Notes under the pieces: generated by a model
The model's database searches: none
Told to the model about the DNA's origin: nothing
What the model saw: only the letters and a program-made list of their open reading frames with translations
Assembly (NCBI GenBank): GCA_900315705.1
Contig: ONAB01000002.1
Location: 60,399-124,398 of the forward strand
Direction: 5' to 3'
Origin: an uncultured Bacteroidales bacterium
GTDB taxonomy: Bacteria; Bacteroidota; Bacteroidia; Bacteroidales; WCHB1-69
Length of the DNA: 64,000 nt
Translations under genes and position numbers: made by a program
Part shown: one piece after another, positions 1 through 9,395 of the stretch
Layout of the letters: the number at the start of each line of letters is the position of its first letter
How positions within the stretch are numbered: the first letter of the stretch is position 1

Positions 1-3000
1 GGAACGGGAATACTCCTATGACATATCCCTGAGATACCAGAAGGCAGCCTTTCTCTACCTTCATCACCAGACGCATCCGGAGTTCTATACGCCTTGCCGG
101 CAAATCTTGGAGGAATTGTCCGCCCTGCCCAATGACAAGACGCGGATCCCGCAGAACGCCCGTTGCCTTTTGGACAAGCTCACCGAGCCCCGTGTGCAAT
201 TGGTTGCGCAAAACACCAACCGGTTCCCGCGCCGCAAAATCGACATTCCCATCCGATACAAGAACATTGACACGCTCTATCTATCTGTATATAAGACCGA
301 CAACATCATCACCTCCTATCGGAATGAGCAGAAGACGGTGTCACCCTTCTCCTCCTGTTTCCGGGAGCATTTCCGCGAGTGCGTGCAAAAACAGCAGTAC
401 AGGTTGAACCCGGTTCACGGCGAGGTTGCCTCCACTGACCTCTGGATCGACTCTTTGCCGTACGGAAAATACACGGTGGTGCTGCACAACGGGGCAGTGC
501 CCGACTCCAACAACTGTCTCTGCGTCTTCCCGATGATCGTCTCGTCAGTGCAATGGACACAAATCGAGCGGCCCGACGGGATAACTCTTTTCGCATCCGA
601 TGCACAAACTGGCAAGCCGATAACCCATCGGAAGGCCTCCCTGAGCACAGACTTTTTTGTCAGCAGCGCAGTAAAAAGGTCGGTCACCATCAAACGCCGG
701 ACCGACAAGGACGGGAAGCTTTTTATTCCGAGAGCCCGTATGATGGACTTTCTCCGCGAATATCAAGACGACTTCCTTGCAGACATAGGTATCTCTCTTC
801 CAGATCATAACGACTGTTACCGCGCGGAGATAGATATTCCAGGAGGTCGCTGGCATCCATACGGATACGGATACAAATACAAATACCGTTATAGGCGCGC
901 TAGACTATTCGATGATGACACCCGACATACAGTCCAAATCATCACCGACCGTTCGCTGTACCGTCCCGGACAGACCGTTTATTTCAAAGCCATTCTTCAG
1001 AAAAACGGCAAACCGCTCAAGCAAGGCAGAGTGGAGGTGAGCCTGGAAAGAATCGGCAAAGAACAGCTTGAGACCCTTCACCTGCCCTTGTCGAAGTTCG
1101 GCAGCGTTTCGGGAAAATTCGTTTTGCCCAATCAGCCTGGCTCCTATACTATACGATGCTCCAAGGAAAACAATTGGCGATGGTATGAGGCAGAAATTGT
1201 CACGGCGGAGGAATACAAATTGCCCTCGTATTATGTTAAACTTATGGATATGCCAGAAAACGAGTGGCATCACGACTCCATTTTCGTCAAAGGCAGCGCA
1301 GTTTCGTATGCCGGTTTCCCGCTCATCGGGGCCGATGTGACACTGCGCCTGCGCACCCAGACTTACGGCAGAAATGCAAATGTTCATTTTTACGAAGAGA
1401 CCCTGAATACGGATGCTTCGGGCTGTTTTTCGTTTGTTTTCCCGAAGTTGGATTACAATGGGGCGGCGAGCACAGAGGTGGAAGCTGTGGTTACTGATGT
1501 CAACGGCGAGACCCATACGGCCAAGAAGAGCATTTATATCCAGTGGAAACCGTTCCAATTTGAAATCCAAATGCCGAAAACGGTCAACCAGCGGCTTGAA
1601 GACACGCTTTCCGCGGTGGTTATTCCCCGCGACATCTTAAAGAAAAGGGTGAGCGTGCCCGTGAAAGTCACAGCCTTGCGGCTTCGAATGCCCGAGAGAA
1701 CCGGTGTTTATCACCCCCTCCCCCAAGAGCCGCTCTACACGGAGGCCCAGTACCGGCAATATTTTCCCGAATACTTCTATGACCGACGTGACGGGGACAA
1801 TCCTACCTATTGGGACGTGATGGACACCGTATGGCAAACCACGCGATCCTTCTATCCGGACAGTCTGTTGATGGTTGACATATCGAAATGGATGCCAGGA
1901 TATTACAGATTTGAATACCAACTGGAGGATTCACTTTACACCGCAAAAGAGACTCGGGTTTTCCGTGTCATCCATACTGGCAAGCAGGCCATACCTTCCC
2001 AAAATCCTTTGCATATTGAGATATTACAAAGCGAAGCGAAGATTCCAGACAGGAATACACGGACAAGTGTTTCAGATTATGCAGAAGCAGGGAGCAAAAG
2101 CCTCTTTCGAAAAAACAAGATTCCTGTGATAATCGGCTCCACATTGGAAAACTCTTACGTAACGCTTTGCTATCAGACAAGCCATAATCTGCAAAAGATC
2201 AAGAAATTCCATCTAAACAACAATCTGGACACGTTCACTTTGCGGCTCCGGAACACCGGTTATCTTAAAATAAGGGCATTCTGCTATAAAAACAGCCAAT
2301 TATTCAATGATAGCCACAATTATTCTATAGGGAAAAAATTGACCAAAAGTCAAGAGCGCTTTATATCAAACCTTTTCAACAATCTGAATGTCAACATCAT
2401 TCATTGGAACAGCCGGATCCAGCCAGGACAAGAGGGCAAGTGGGAGGTGGAAATTTCCGATGCCTGTAACCGCCACCCGAACACAGAAGTGGTGGCCTGG
2501 ATGCTGGACAAAAGCCTGTACGGTTTGGATATGCCCCCGTTGGAAATCAAGCAACGACGTAACCAGTTTGATGAGCTGACCTGGGGGCAGCAGCAATGGT
2601 TGAAACTATATAACCGCACAAGATACCACGGAATCTATTATTACAGTTTAGATTTGAAAAACATTTCAGTAACGACCCAAGCGACACTGAAACCTATAAT
2701 CCATTGCAGCATAGAGGAAGGGCCGGCCGTGAGAATGCGGTCGGTGTGGCCCAGATTCACACCGGATGCCACCAGTTCCAGAGGGCGTGTCCGTGGGGAA
2801 GATATCCGCACAACACCTGGAAGGTCTGTAACTTCCGCCTTGAGCAATCTGGAGGGGGTATCGTCCTTGAATGAAACCACCACTGTGCGAGGAAACCGTT
2901 CAGATGGCACCAAGACCGTCGTGGACGGCGTAAGGGTGCGGGATAACGAAGAATCTGCCGGGGCCGAGGAACTTTCAAACGACACCGAACATATCGTGCC

Positions 3001-5341
3001 CCCAACGCGCACCTATATCCGTAAGAATTTCACGGAGACAGCCTTCTTCGAGCCTGCTCTGCGCACCGACAAGGAGGGGCGCGTGCGGATGGTCTTCACC
3101 GTACCTGACCAGTTCACCGAATGGCAGATGAACCTGTATGGCCACACGCGCAAGGGATTAACGGTTTTTAACTCCCTGTCAGCCACCTCCTGCCAGTCGC
3201 TGATGATCCAGAGCAACGCGCCGCGCTTCTTCCGCGAGGGCGACACGATGATGTTCCAGGCCAAAATCACCAACATAACGGACACCCTCTTGCGCGGAAC
3301 CACCCGCATCGAGTTCTTCAACCCCGAGACCAACAACCCGATTCCCGCGCTATTGGGCGACGCGCCCGAAAAGGAGTTCCTTTGCGGTGCAGACAAGTCC
3401 ACCAACGTAAGCTGGCGTGTGGCGGTGCCACGTAACCTCTCCGTCATCGCATACCGAATCACCGCACAGTCGGGCCGCTACACCGACGGAATGGAGGCCG
3501 TGCTACCCGTGCTGAGCAGCCGCACCGCCGTGACCGAGTCAATGCACTTCGTGGTTCCTGCCGGCGAAGACACCATTCTGATATTCAAAAAATTGAAAGA
3601 TAATCAAAGCACCACCTTGCACTCCAACAACTATACGGTGGAGATTACCGCCAACCCGTCGTGGACAGCCATCCAGTCGCTGGAGTATTTGATGACCTAC
3701 CGCTACGAGTGCAACGAGCAGCTCTTCTCCAAACTATACGCCAACGCGCTTGCCCGGCACATTGTGACCCAATTCCCGCAAATCGAGAAGGTGTATGCCC
3801 AATGGGCTAACGATACGACAATGCAGGGTATTGAATCCCAACTATTTAAGAACGAACAACTCAAGAGCATCCTGTTGTCGGAAAGTCCGTGGGTGATGGA
3901 TGCACAACGGGAAAATGCCCGTATGCAACAGATGGCGAAGCTGTTCCAAACCAGCCGACTGGACAAGGAGATGGAGGCCATTGCCCGAAAACTGAAAAAC
4001 AACCAGATGGATGACGGCGGTTTCGCTTGGTTCGGGAAGAGTTTCTTCTCGCCCTACATCACAAGCCATCTGGTGTCAGGCTATGCCAAGCTGCAGTCAC
4101 TGGGTGTGGAGATTCCCGATATGGAAAAGGTTATGCGCAAGGCCATCCAGTGCCTGGACACTTTTCAAAAGCTCAAATTCACTGAATATCAAAAAGACCT
4201 ATACCCTCACAAGTATTTCCACTTCACGGAAGAGGACATCCAATATCTTTATGCGAGAACCTGGTTCGGAGCCGACTCGAACTGGCTGTCGCAAGCTTAC
4301 GTGCAAAACCTGCTCTCCTTGTTGACCGCCGATGTGCGGGACAAGCCGCTGATGCAGCAAGCCCAAACCGGACTGGTATTGCACCGTTTAGGGCGCACAA
4401 ACGAAGCGCAACGCATTATGGAGCGCATTCGGCAGCAGGCGATGACAAGCAGTGAGCAGGGAATGTTCTGGGGAAAGGAATACAACGGACGATACTACCG
4501 ATGGTATCAGGCGCCCATCGAGCGGCAGGCCGTCCTGATTGAAGCTTTTAACATTATTTCACCCAACAAACAGGAATTGGACCAGATGAAGCAGTGGCTG
4601 TTGATGCAAAAACATCAGCAGGGATGGTCAAACACGAAAGCCACTGCGGAGGCCATCTTCGCGCTGATGATGGGCGATGCCACTGTGCTCAACACGGAGA
4701 GCAACACCACACTGCGTGTCGGCGATGCGCAGTTCGTGCCTGCGCGGGAAACCACTTCGGTTCCCGGCACCGGCTATTTCACGAAATCGTGGACAGAGGG
4801 CGACATCACACCAAAATTGGCGGAGATTACCGTTGCCGCCGACACGTCCCATTTCGTCTTCGGGGCCTGCTACTGGCAGTACGTGGAGGATATCGACAAA
4901 GTATCCGAATCCGCCACGGGGCTACGCATCCAGCGGGTGTTGTACCACGAGGTACGCGGTCCAGAAGGCTTACAGTTGGTACCCGTAACCGAAGACAATC
5001 CCGCGCGCTTGGGCGAAAAGCTGACCGTACGGCTCACCATTACCTCCGACCGCGATTTGGAGTATGTGCATCTGAAAGACAGTCGCGCCGCCGCTTTCGA
5101 GCCCGTCAGCAGCCACACGCAACACTTTTACCGGCACCCGCTCTCTTACACGATGGTCCCGCACGACGCCGCCACCGATTTCTTCTTTGACCGTATGCCA
5201 GCGGGGACACACATCATTGACTATCCGCTCTTGGCCACCCAGCTCGGCACTTTCCTGAACGGCCTGGCCACAGTGGAGTGTATGTATGCGCCCGAGTTCC
5301 GCGGGCACAGCGCCCCACTGACCGTGACCGTTGTGCGATAG
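1..5341 (+). CDS. alpha-2-macroglobulin family protein (5' end probably outside the window)
   Basis: The frame is open from window position 2, with no stop upstream of the TTG at 107, so the gene is probably cut by the window edge. It encodes more than 1740 aa. A CxEQ thioester-type motif sits in YRYECNEQLFS (3710-3721). Size and sequence character fit bacterial alpha-2-macroglobulins as I recall them. Confidence 0.8.
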   Translation, partial: EREYSYDISLRYQKAAFLYLHHQTHPEFYTPCRQILEELSALPNDKTRIPQNARCLLDKLTEPRVQLVAQNTNRFPRRKIDIPIRYKNIDTLYLSVYKTDNIITSYRNEQKTVSPFSSCFREHFRECVQKQQYRLNPVHGEVASTDLWIDSLPYGKYTVVLHNGAVPDSNNCLCVFPMIVSSVQWTQIERPDGITLFASDAQTGKPITHRKASLSTDFFVSSAVKRSVTIKRRTDKDGKLFIPRARMMDFLREYQDDFLADIGISLPDHNDCYRAEIDIPGGRWHPYGYGYKYKYRYRRARLFDDDTRHTVQIITDRSLYRPGQTVYFKAILQKNGKPLKQGRVEVSLERIGKEQLETLHLPLSKFGSVSGKFVLPNQPGSYTIRCSKENNWRWYEAEIVTAEEYKLPSYYVKLMDMPENEWHHDSIFVKGSAVSYAGFPLIGADVTLRLRTQTYGRNANVHFYEETLNTDASGCFSFVFPKLDYNGAASTEVEAVVTDVNGETHTAKKSIYIQWKPFQFEIQMPKTVNQRLEDTLSAVVIPRDILKKRVSVPVKVTALRLRMPERTGVYHPLPQEPLYTEAQYRQYFPEYFYDRRDGDNPTYWDVMDTVWQTTRSFYPDSLLMVDISKWMPGYYRFEYQLEDSLYTAKETRVFRVIHTGKQAIPSQNPLHIEILQSEAKIPDRNTRTSVSDYAEAGSKSLFRKNKIPVIIGSTLENSYVTLCYQTSHNLQKIKKFHLNNNLDTFTLRLRNTGYLKIRAFCYKNSQLFNDSHNYSIGKKLTKSQERFISNLFNNLNVNIIHWNSRIQPGQEGKWEVEISDACNRHPNTEVVAWMLDKSLYGLDMPPLEIKQRRNQFDELTWGQQQWLKLYNRTRYHGIYYYSLDLKNISVTTQATLKPIIHCSIEEGPAVRMRSVWPRFTPDATSSRGRVRGEDIRTTPGRSVTSALSNLEGVSSLNETTTVRGNRSDGTKTVVDGVRVRDNEESAGAEELSNDTEHIVPPTRTYIRKNFTETAFFEPALRTDKEGRVRMVFTVPDQFTEWQMNLYGHTRKGLTVFNSLSATSCQSLMIQSNAPRFFREGDTMMFQAKITNITDTLLRGTTRIEFFNPETNNPIPALLGDAPEKEFLCGADKSTNVSWRVAVPRNLSVIAYRITAQSGRYTDGMEAVLPVLSSRTAVTESMHFVVPAGEDTILIFKKLKDNQSTTLHSNNYTVEITANPSWTAIQSLEYLMTYRYECNEQLFSKLYANALARHIVTQFPQIEKVYAQWANDTTMQGIESQLFKNEQLKSILLSESPWVMDAQRENARMQQMAKLFQTSRLDKEMEAIARKLKNNQMDDGGFAWFGKSFFSPYITSHLVSGYAKLQSLGVEIPDMEKVMRKAIQCLDTFQKLKFTEYQKDLYPHKYFHFTEEDIQYLYARTWFGADSNWLSQAYVQNLLSLLTADVRDKPLMQQAQTGLVLHRLGRTNEAQRIMERIRQQAMTSSEQGMFWGKEYNGRYYRWYQAPIERQAVLIEAFNIISPNKQELDQMKQWLLMQKHQQGWSNTKATAEAIFALMMGDATVLNTESNTTLRVGDAQFVPARETTSVPGTGYFTKSWTEGDITPKLAEITVAADTSHFVFGACYWQYVEDIDKVSESATGLRIQRVLYHEVRGPEGLQLVPVTEDNPARLGEKLTVRLTITSDRDLEYVHLKDSRAAAFEPVSSHTQHFYRHPLSYTMVPHDAATDFFFDRMPAGTHIIDYPLLATQLGTFLNGLATVECMYAPEFRGHSAPLTVTVVR

Positions 5342-5476
5342 CCAATTGTATTCATTAAAATTATTATGAAATTAAAAATACAGATTTAACAAATTATTGC
5401 AAACATAATTTCATAACCATTTGGTTTCCAATGCAAAAATATTTTTATAATATTTTTACAGAGTTTATTTTTTTCA

Positions 5477-5484
5477 TAAATTTG
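5477..5484 (+). promoter_or_regulatory. candidate Bacteroidota -7 box (TAAATTTG)
   Basis: Exact TAnnTTTG match 27 nt upstream of the ATG at 5511. No clear -33 TTTG was seen. Confidence 0.35.
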
Positions 5485-5510
5485 CGGCACGTAAAATATT
5501 ATGAAAAAAA

Positions 5511-6428
5511 ATGGAAGCAGATAATTTTATCAAAGAGAGCAATAGCGCACCGTTTACAGAAGTACCATCGGAAGATTTCATTGACATCCTTTTGCAAGGA
5601 GGCGGGCTTGCAGACGAGGCCGCGTATTATTTACTGCATCACCGGTTCGGTCATCGGTTGAAGATGCGGTTTGAAGTTTACCACAACCGGCTGATGGACA
5701 ACTACGAGGACGTGGTAGAGGATTTTTTCTTCTATCTGCGAGAGGGAAAGGAGTGCGAGAACCAATCACCCTACCAGTCGTTGCGGCGCATCCGAAAGAA
5801 GGGTGCATTCGAGGGATGGCTGCTCAACACATTCCGCAACTACCTCACCTCGCGTGCCGCAGCAGAGGAGAAATACGTTTCCCCGGGACTTTTGGCCGAC
5901 TGTGTTACCAGCACGGATGCCCCCGACAATCTCCTGACGGACGAGAGGGCGCTCTCCGCCGCCGCCCACTTGATCGCCTACGCGCACCAGACTCTCAACC
6001 CGCACTATCGTTTTGTTCTCTTCCGCGCCCTGCTGACGATGCTTGACCCGCAGCAGTCGTTGCCGAACAAAGCGGTGGCCCAGGTGCTTGGGATGACCGG
6101 TCTCTCGTATCGTGTCACCGTCCACCGCGCCAAATGCAGTCTTGCGAAACTCCGCGACCGTCTGCTCGGTGGCGAGGAACTCCCTCTCGACGATGCGCAC
6201 CGGCTGATGGCGCGGCGCATCAACGACGACTTCACCCATCTCTACCCCACCCTGCTGGACTTCTACGAGCAGAGCATCGACACGCTGCAGAGTGCCGAGG
6301 CCATCCAGGCGCTTCGCCAGCAATACCGCGAGAGCACCGGCTACACATTCCACGAACCGGATGTCGCCTACACCGCCCGACTCAGCGCCACGGGCTTCTG
6401 GAACAAGCTGAACCGATGGATGATTTGA
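5511..6428 (+). CDS. sigma-70 family (ECF-like) protein with C-terminal extension
   Basis: Region-2-like block EDVVEDFFFYLRE...FEGWLLNTFRNYLTSR. Region-4 HTH-like block NKAVAQVLGMTGLSYRVTVHRAKCSLAKLRDRL. About 90 extra C-terminal residues. Confidence 0.55.
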   Translation: MEADNFIKESNSAPFTEVPSEDFIDILLQGGGLADEAAYYLLHHRFGHRLKMRFEVYHNRLMDNYEDVVEDFFFYLREGKECENQSPYQSLRRIRKKGAFEGWLLNTFRNYLTSRAAAEEKYVSPGLLADCVTSTDAPDNLLTDERALSAAAHLIAYAHQTLNPHYRFVLFRALLTMLDPQQSLPNKAVAQVLGMTGLSYRVTVHRAKCSLAKLRDRLLGGEELPLDDAHRLMARRINDDFTHLYPTLLDFYEQSIDTLQSAEAIQALRQQYRESTGYTFHEPDVAYTARLSATGFWNKLNRWMI

Positions 6429-6521
6429 AACGGTCCATTGTCTTCTTCCTTGTGCCCCAGCCATCACTCAAAGGCACTCGCTTGGTAAAGGCAGACTTCC
6501 TTACGGGATGCGTGCTGGAAC

Positions 6522-7571
6522 TCAACTGTGCCTCGTACCAAGGGCACTTGCTTGGTTAAGGCAGACTTTCTTCACAAGAGCCGCGCACTGTTTGTTGAAC
6601 TCCTTGTTCAGCGATTTCTGCTCGGATTTTTCCAGCGCCACATAGGCGCCTCCGTGTTCTTTGAGAAAATCCGCGAGGGCATCTTTCGAGAGCATCCCAA
6701 TCAGCTTGCCGATATCCTTGGGGTAAGAGACATCCCCGATATGGCTCACCACGTTGGCCAGCCTGTTTTCCGTGACGTATGCCTCCACTTCCGTCACGAG
6801 GGATTTCAAGGCTTCGCTAAACGGTACCGTTCCCGTTGACGATTTGCTCTTTTTTTTCACACTCTTTTTCTCCGCGAACCTTTCGTTCTTGCTTTTGATG
6901 AGCACGCGGGAGCCATTTCTCAGATACTTGGTCTCCACCGGACGGATGACCACCCCCTCGCAGATGTTGTCCTCAATAGCCGGAAGTCCCAGCCACCCGG
7001 CAATCTTGCTCGGAAAGGCATTCGGGTGTTTCAAGCATTCGGCCAAAGTGCCCCGGAAAAGGGTCTTCGCATAGAAAATTTCCACGGACTCGAACAGTTC
7101 GTTTATTTCATCCACCGGCAGGAATCTGCTTTTCCCTCTTTCAAATAAATAGATATCGAACCCGTAGAATTCGTGTCCGGGAGCGTAAAAGACCCCCTTT
7201 TGTATCAGCGGCAGGTCCGGCTGGGCTTTCACGTCATCGTGCGGGTACCGTCCCCCGAACATCTCCCCGAAAACCTGTACCTGAGCGACACCGGGACAGC
7301 GCCTCTTCACCCTCTCAAAGAGTTTGACAACCCTGTCTCGATAGGCAGCCAACAGCTTGGGGTAGGCATAGAACCGGTCTGTTTCCGTGAGGATGGAGTT
7401 CCTTTTGGCAAACTGGACATCCGTCCCTTCACAAAGGAAACTGGTGTTAGAGCCGTGCACCTTTTCCTGCACCACATATTCCAAATCGGCCGGCATTTCC
7501 GCCGCCACACACTCCATAAAAGCCTGATTAAAGGAGTTCTCTATAGAACTATACTTCTTAAATTCCAACAT
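6522..7571 (-). CDS. Rnl2-family ATP-dependent RNA ligase
   Basis: Collinear with phage T4 Rnl2 as I recall it: FKKYSSIENSFN, adenylylation motif EKVHGSN (KxHG), QVFGEMFGG, EGVVIRP, LRNGSRVLIKSKNERFAEKK. Length is 349 aa versus about 334 aa for T4 Rnl2. Confidence 0.85.
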   Translation of the reverse strand: MLEFKKYSSIENSFNQAFMECVAAEMPADLEYVVQEKVHGSNTSFLCEGTDVQFAKRNSILTETDRFYAYPKLLAAYRDRVVKLFERVKRRCPGVAQVQVFGEMFGGRYPHDDVKAQPDLPLIQKGVFYAPGHEFYGFDIYLFERGKSRFLPVDEINELFESVEIFYAKTLFRGTLAECLKHPNAFPSKIAGWLGLPAIEDNICEGVVIRPVETKYLRNGSRVLIKSKNERFAEKKSVKKKSKSSTGTVPFSEALKSLVTEVEAYVTENRLANVVSHIGDVSYPKDIGKLIGMLSKDALADFLKEHGGAYVALEKSEQKSLNKEFNKQCAALVKKVCLNQASALGTRHS

Positions 7572-7938
7572 ATCTTTATATTTTCAGATGCGTCTCATCG
7601 CACGGTAAAACTTTTTCTTTTCTATTCTCAAGTATGAAAAACAAAGGATTGTTACACCCCTGATTTTTTTTCTCGGATGTAACAACCCCGTATTTCCCAT
7701 ACTATATGGACAGAAGCAACTAAAAAAAACAGATATGGAATCAACAGAAAAAATCACAAACAGATCAAGGAGAAAAGGTGCCAGCCCACGAGTGGCTTAC
7801 GCCGGCCATTTTCTCTCCCGATCCAGCAGATTCTGCAGAAGATTATCGATAGAAAAGCATCGTGTAGCGGACAATTCACCCGCTGCATCTCTCTTCAACA
7901 ACGCTTTTCGGACAAGTCTTCACTTGTCTTCACGGCAT

Positions 7939-8886
7939 TCACATTTCATATTTCTTGCCAGGGAAGAAACGCGGGACGCTCTGGCAATATTTCTCATATT
8001 CAGGATATTTTCCGCCGCTGATCTCTTCCGCCAGCGACGAACTTCCCTGGAACAGGACCAGCAGCAACAGTGCACCGATCACGCTCCAGTTGAGGATGCC
8101 GATTCTGGCGGCGATGGAAAAGAGGTAGAAGCACACCCAGATGGACTGTTCGGCGAAATAGTTGGGATGGCGGCTCCGTCCCCAAAGGCCCGTGGTGTTG
8201 AATCCTTTGTTGTATGGAGCGGGTAATTCCTCCAACTTTTTCCCCTCCTTGATCATCGCCCACTTGCGGGTCTGGAATTTCCATTGTTGCTCATCAGCAA
8301 CGGTCTCCCAGATGATGAACCCTAACATCAGCACTGTGGCGACGGCATCCAGCCAACCGAAAGGTTTGTCGGAATTCATAGCCACCAATGCCGGGAAGGT
8401 GGTCATCAGCACCAGCACGTTTTGGTATATGGAGATGAAGAAGAGGTCAAACAACGCCCAAACCCAGCGTTTTTGGAAAGGCGGACCGGAGCGAAGGATG
8501 GCCCAGCGGTAGTCCTCTTCTCCTTCCCAGAACTTGAGTTTGTATGCCCCTTTGCGGGCGAAATTCATCGTGAGACGGAGGCCCCAAAGCGTGGCCAGGA
8601 CAGCCATCACCACCAAGCGGGCACTCATACCGCCTTTGACGGCAATCACCCACGTGTAAACGATGGGGAGCAGACTCCAGAGCTTGTCCATTTGGCTGTT
8701 GTTTCCGGTGAGCTCGCCCACGACAAAACAGAACGCAGCGCTGCAGGACACGATGATGCCCAGAATCTTAAGCACTTCCAACTGCGCCTCATCCAATGTC
8801 GGGCCCACAGTGAAATAGAGGATCGGGCAAACTACGATGGACAGTATCAACAGGGTGCCCATCAAAGGAATATTCATTTTCTTCAT
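7939..8886 (-). CDS. DUF1295 / steroid-reductase-ICMT-fold membrane protein
   Basis: Multi-pass membrane protein with a C-terminal RSRHPNYFAEQSIW...GKYPEYEKYCQSVPRFFP signature. I moved the start to ATG 8886 (MKKMNIPL) because a -7 box lies at 8908-8915, inside the longer track ORF. Confidence 0.7.
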   Translation of the reverse strand: MKKMNIPLMGTLLILSIVVCPILYFTVGPTLDEAQLEVLKILGIIVSCSAAFCFVVGELTGNNSQMDKLWSLLPIVYTWVIAVKGGMSARLVVMAVLATLWGLRLTMNFARKGAYKLKFWEGEEDYRWAILRSGPPFQKRWVWALFDLFFISIYQNVLVLMTTFPALVAMNSDKPFGWLDAVATVLMLGFIIWETVADEQQWKFQTRKWAMIKEGKKLEELPAPYNKGFNTTGLWGRSRHPNYFAEQSIWVCFYLFSIAARIGILNWSVIGALLLLVLFQGSSSLAEEISGGKYPEYEKYCQSVPRFFPGKKYEM

Positions 8887-8907
8887 AAGAACATTATTTT
8901 GAGGCGG

Positions 8908-8915
8908 CAAAAATA
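8908..8915 (-). promoter_or_regulatory. candidate -7 box (reverse complement TATTTTTG)
   Basis: TAnnTTTG on the minus strand, 22 nt upstream of ATG 8886. Confidence 0.5.
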
Positions 8916-8955
8916 TAAAAACTCCTTAAATGACAATCATGTTTCATTTACTTTT

Positions 8956-9360
8956 CTATTTTTGGTTTTTAAACATATACAATGCCGCCACGACCTCCAC
9001 CAGTCCGAGCACGAAATAGATGTTGCTCATAGCGTTGAAGCCCCACGCCCACCATTCGAGAACGATCCAGAGCATCAGGATGATGCCACAGGCGAGGACG
9101 GCCCACTGGGCGAGCGGGTGCTTCTTGAAGAGCAGGTATGCCGCCGCAAATTGGGTGAGGCCGTTCAGGGCCAGTAGTACGAAGCCCGACGGGATGAAGT
9201 TGCGGAAGAAGACGTCCGGCCAGGGCATCTTCGCCCTCAGCATCTCTAACAGTGGCTCGCCGCCCCACATTACGCCCGTGGGGTCGATCCACATCATCAC
9301 GGCGCCGCCAATTGCGCCGATGCCGATGAAAAGGGTCAGGATTTTTTCGAATTTGAGCAT
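8956..9360 (-). CDS. small multi-pass membrane protein, family not recognised
   Basis: 134-aa ORF with about four hydrophobic segments. Same orientation as its neighbours and typical coding composition. Confidence 0.55.
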   Translation of the reverse strand: MLKFEKILTLFIGIGAIGGAVMMWIDPTGVMWGGEPLLEMLRAKMPWPDVFFRNFIPSGFVLLALNGLTQFAAAYLLFKKHPLAQWAVLACGIILMLWIVLEWWAWGFNAMSNIYFVLGLVEVVAALYMFKNQK

Positions 9361-9395
9361 AATTTTATCATTTATCTATCGAAATCTTCTTTTAT

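Noticed and set aside
132-5190. Many 60-200-aa ORFs in other frames or on the other strand within 107-5341
   Set aside because: All are nested in the 1744-aa alpha-2-macroglobulin frame and have Arg/Pro/Ser-rich nonsense composition.
5363-5416. 11-bp inverted repeat (ttatgaaatta / taatttcataa) after the alpha-2-macroglobulin stop
   Set aside because: The arms are very AT-rich and 32 nt apart in an AT-rich spacer, which could easily arise by chance. It is not convincing as a terminator or operator.
5766-6467. 233-aa minus-strand ORF
   Set aside because: It is antisense to the sigma-like gene and has shadow-ORF composition with no recognisable motifs.
7735-8226. 163-aa plus-strand ORF
   Set aside because: Its 3' part overlaps the DUF1295 gene in antisense and its 5' part lies in a non-coding gap. 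Low-complexity Ser/Arg-rich translation.
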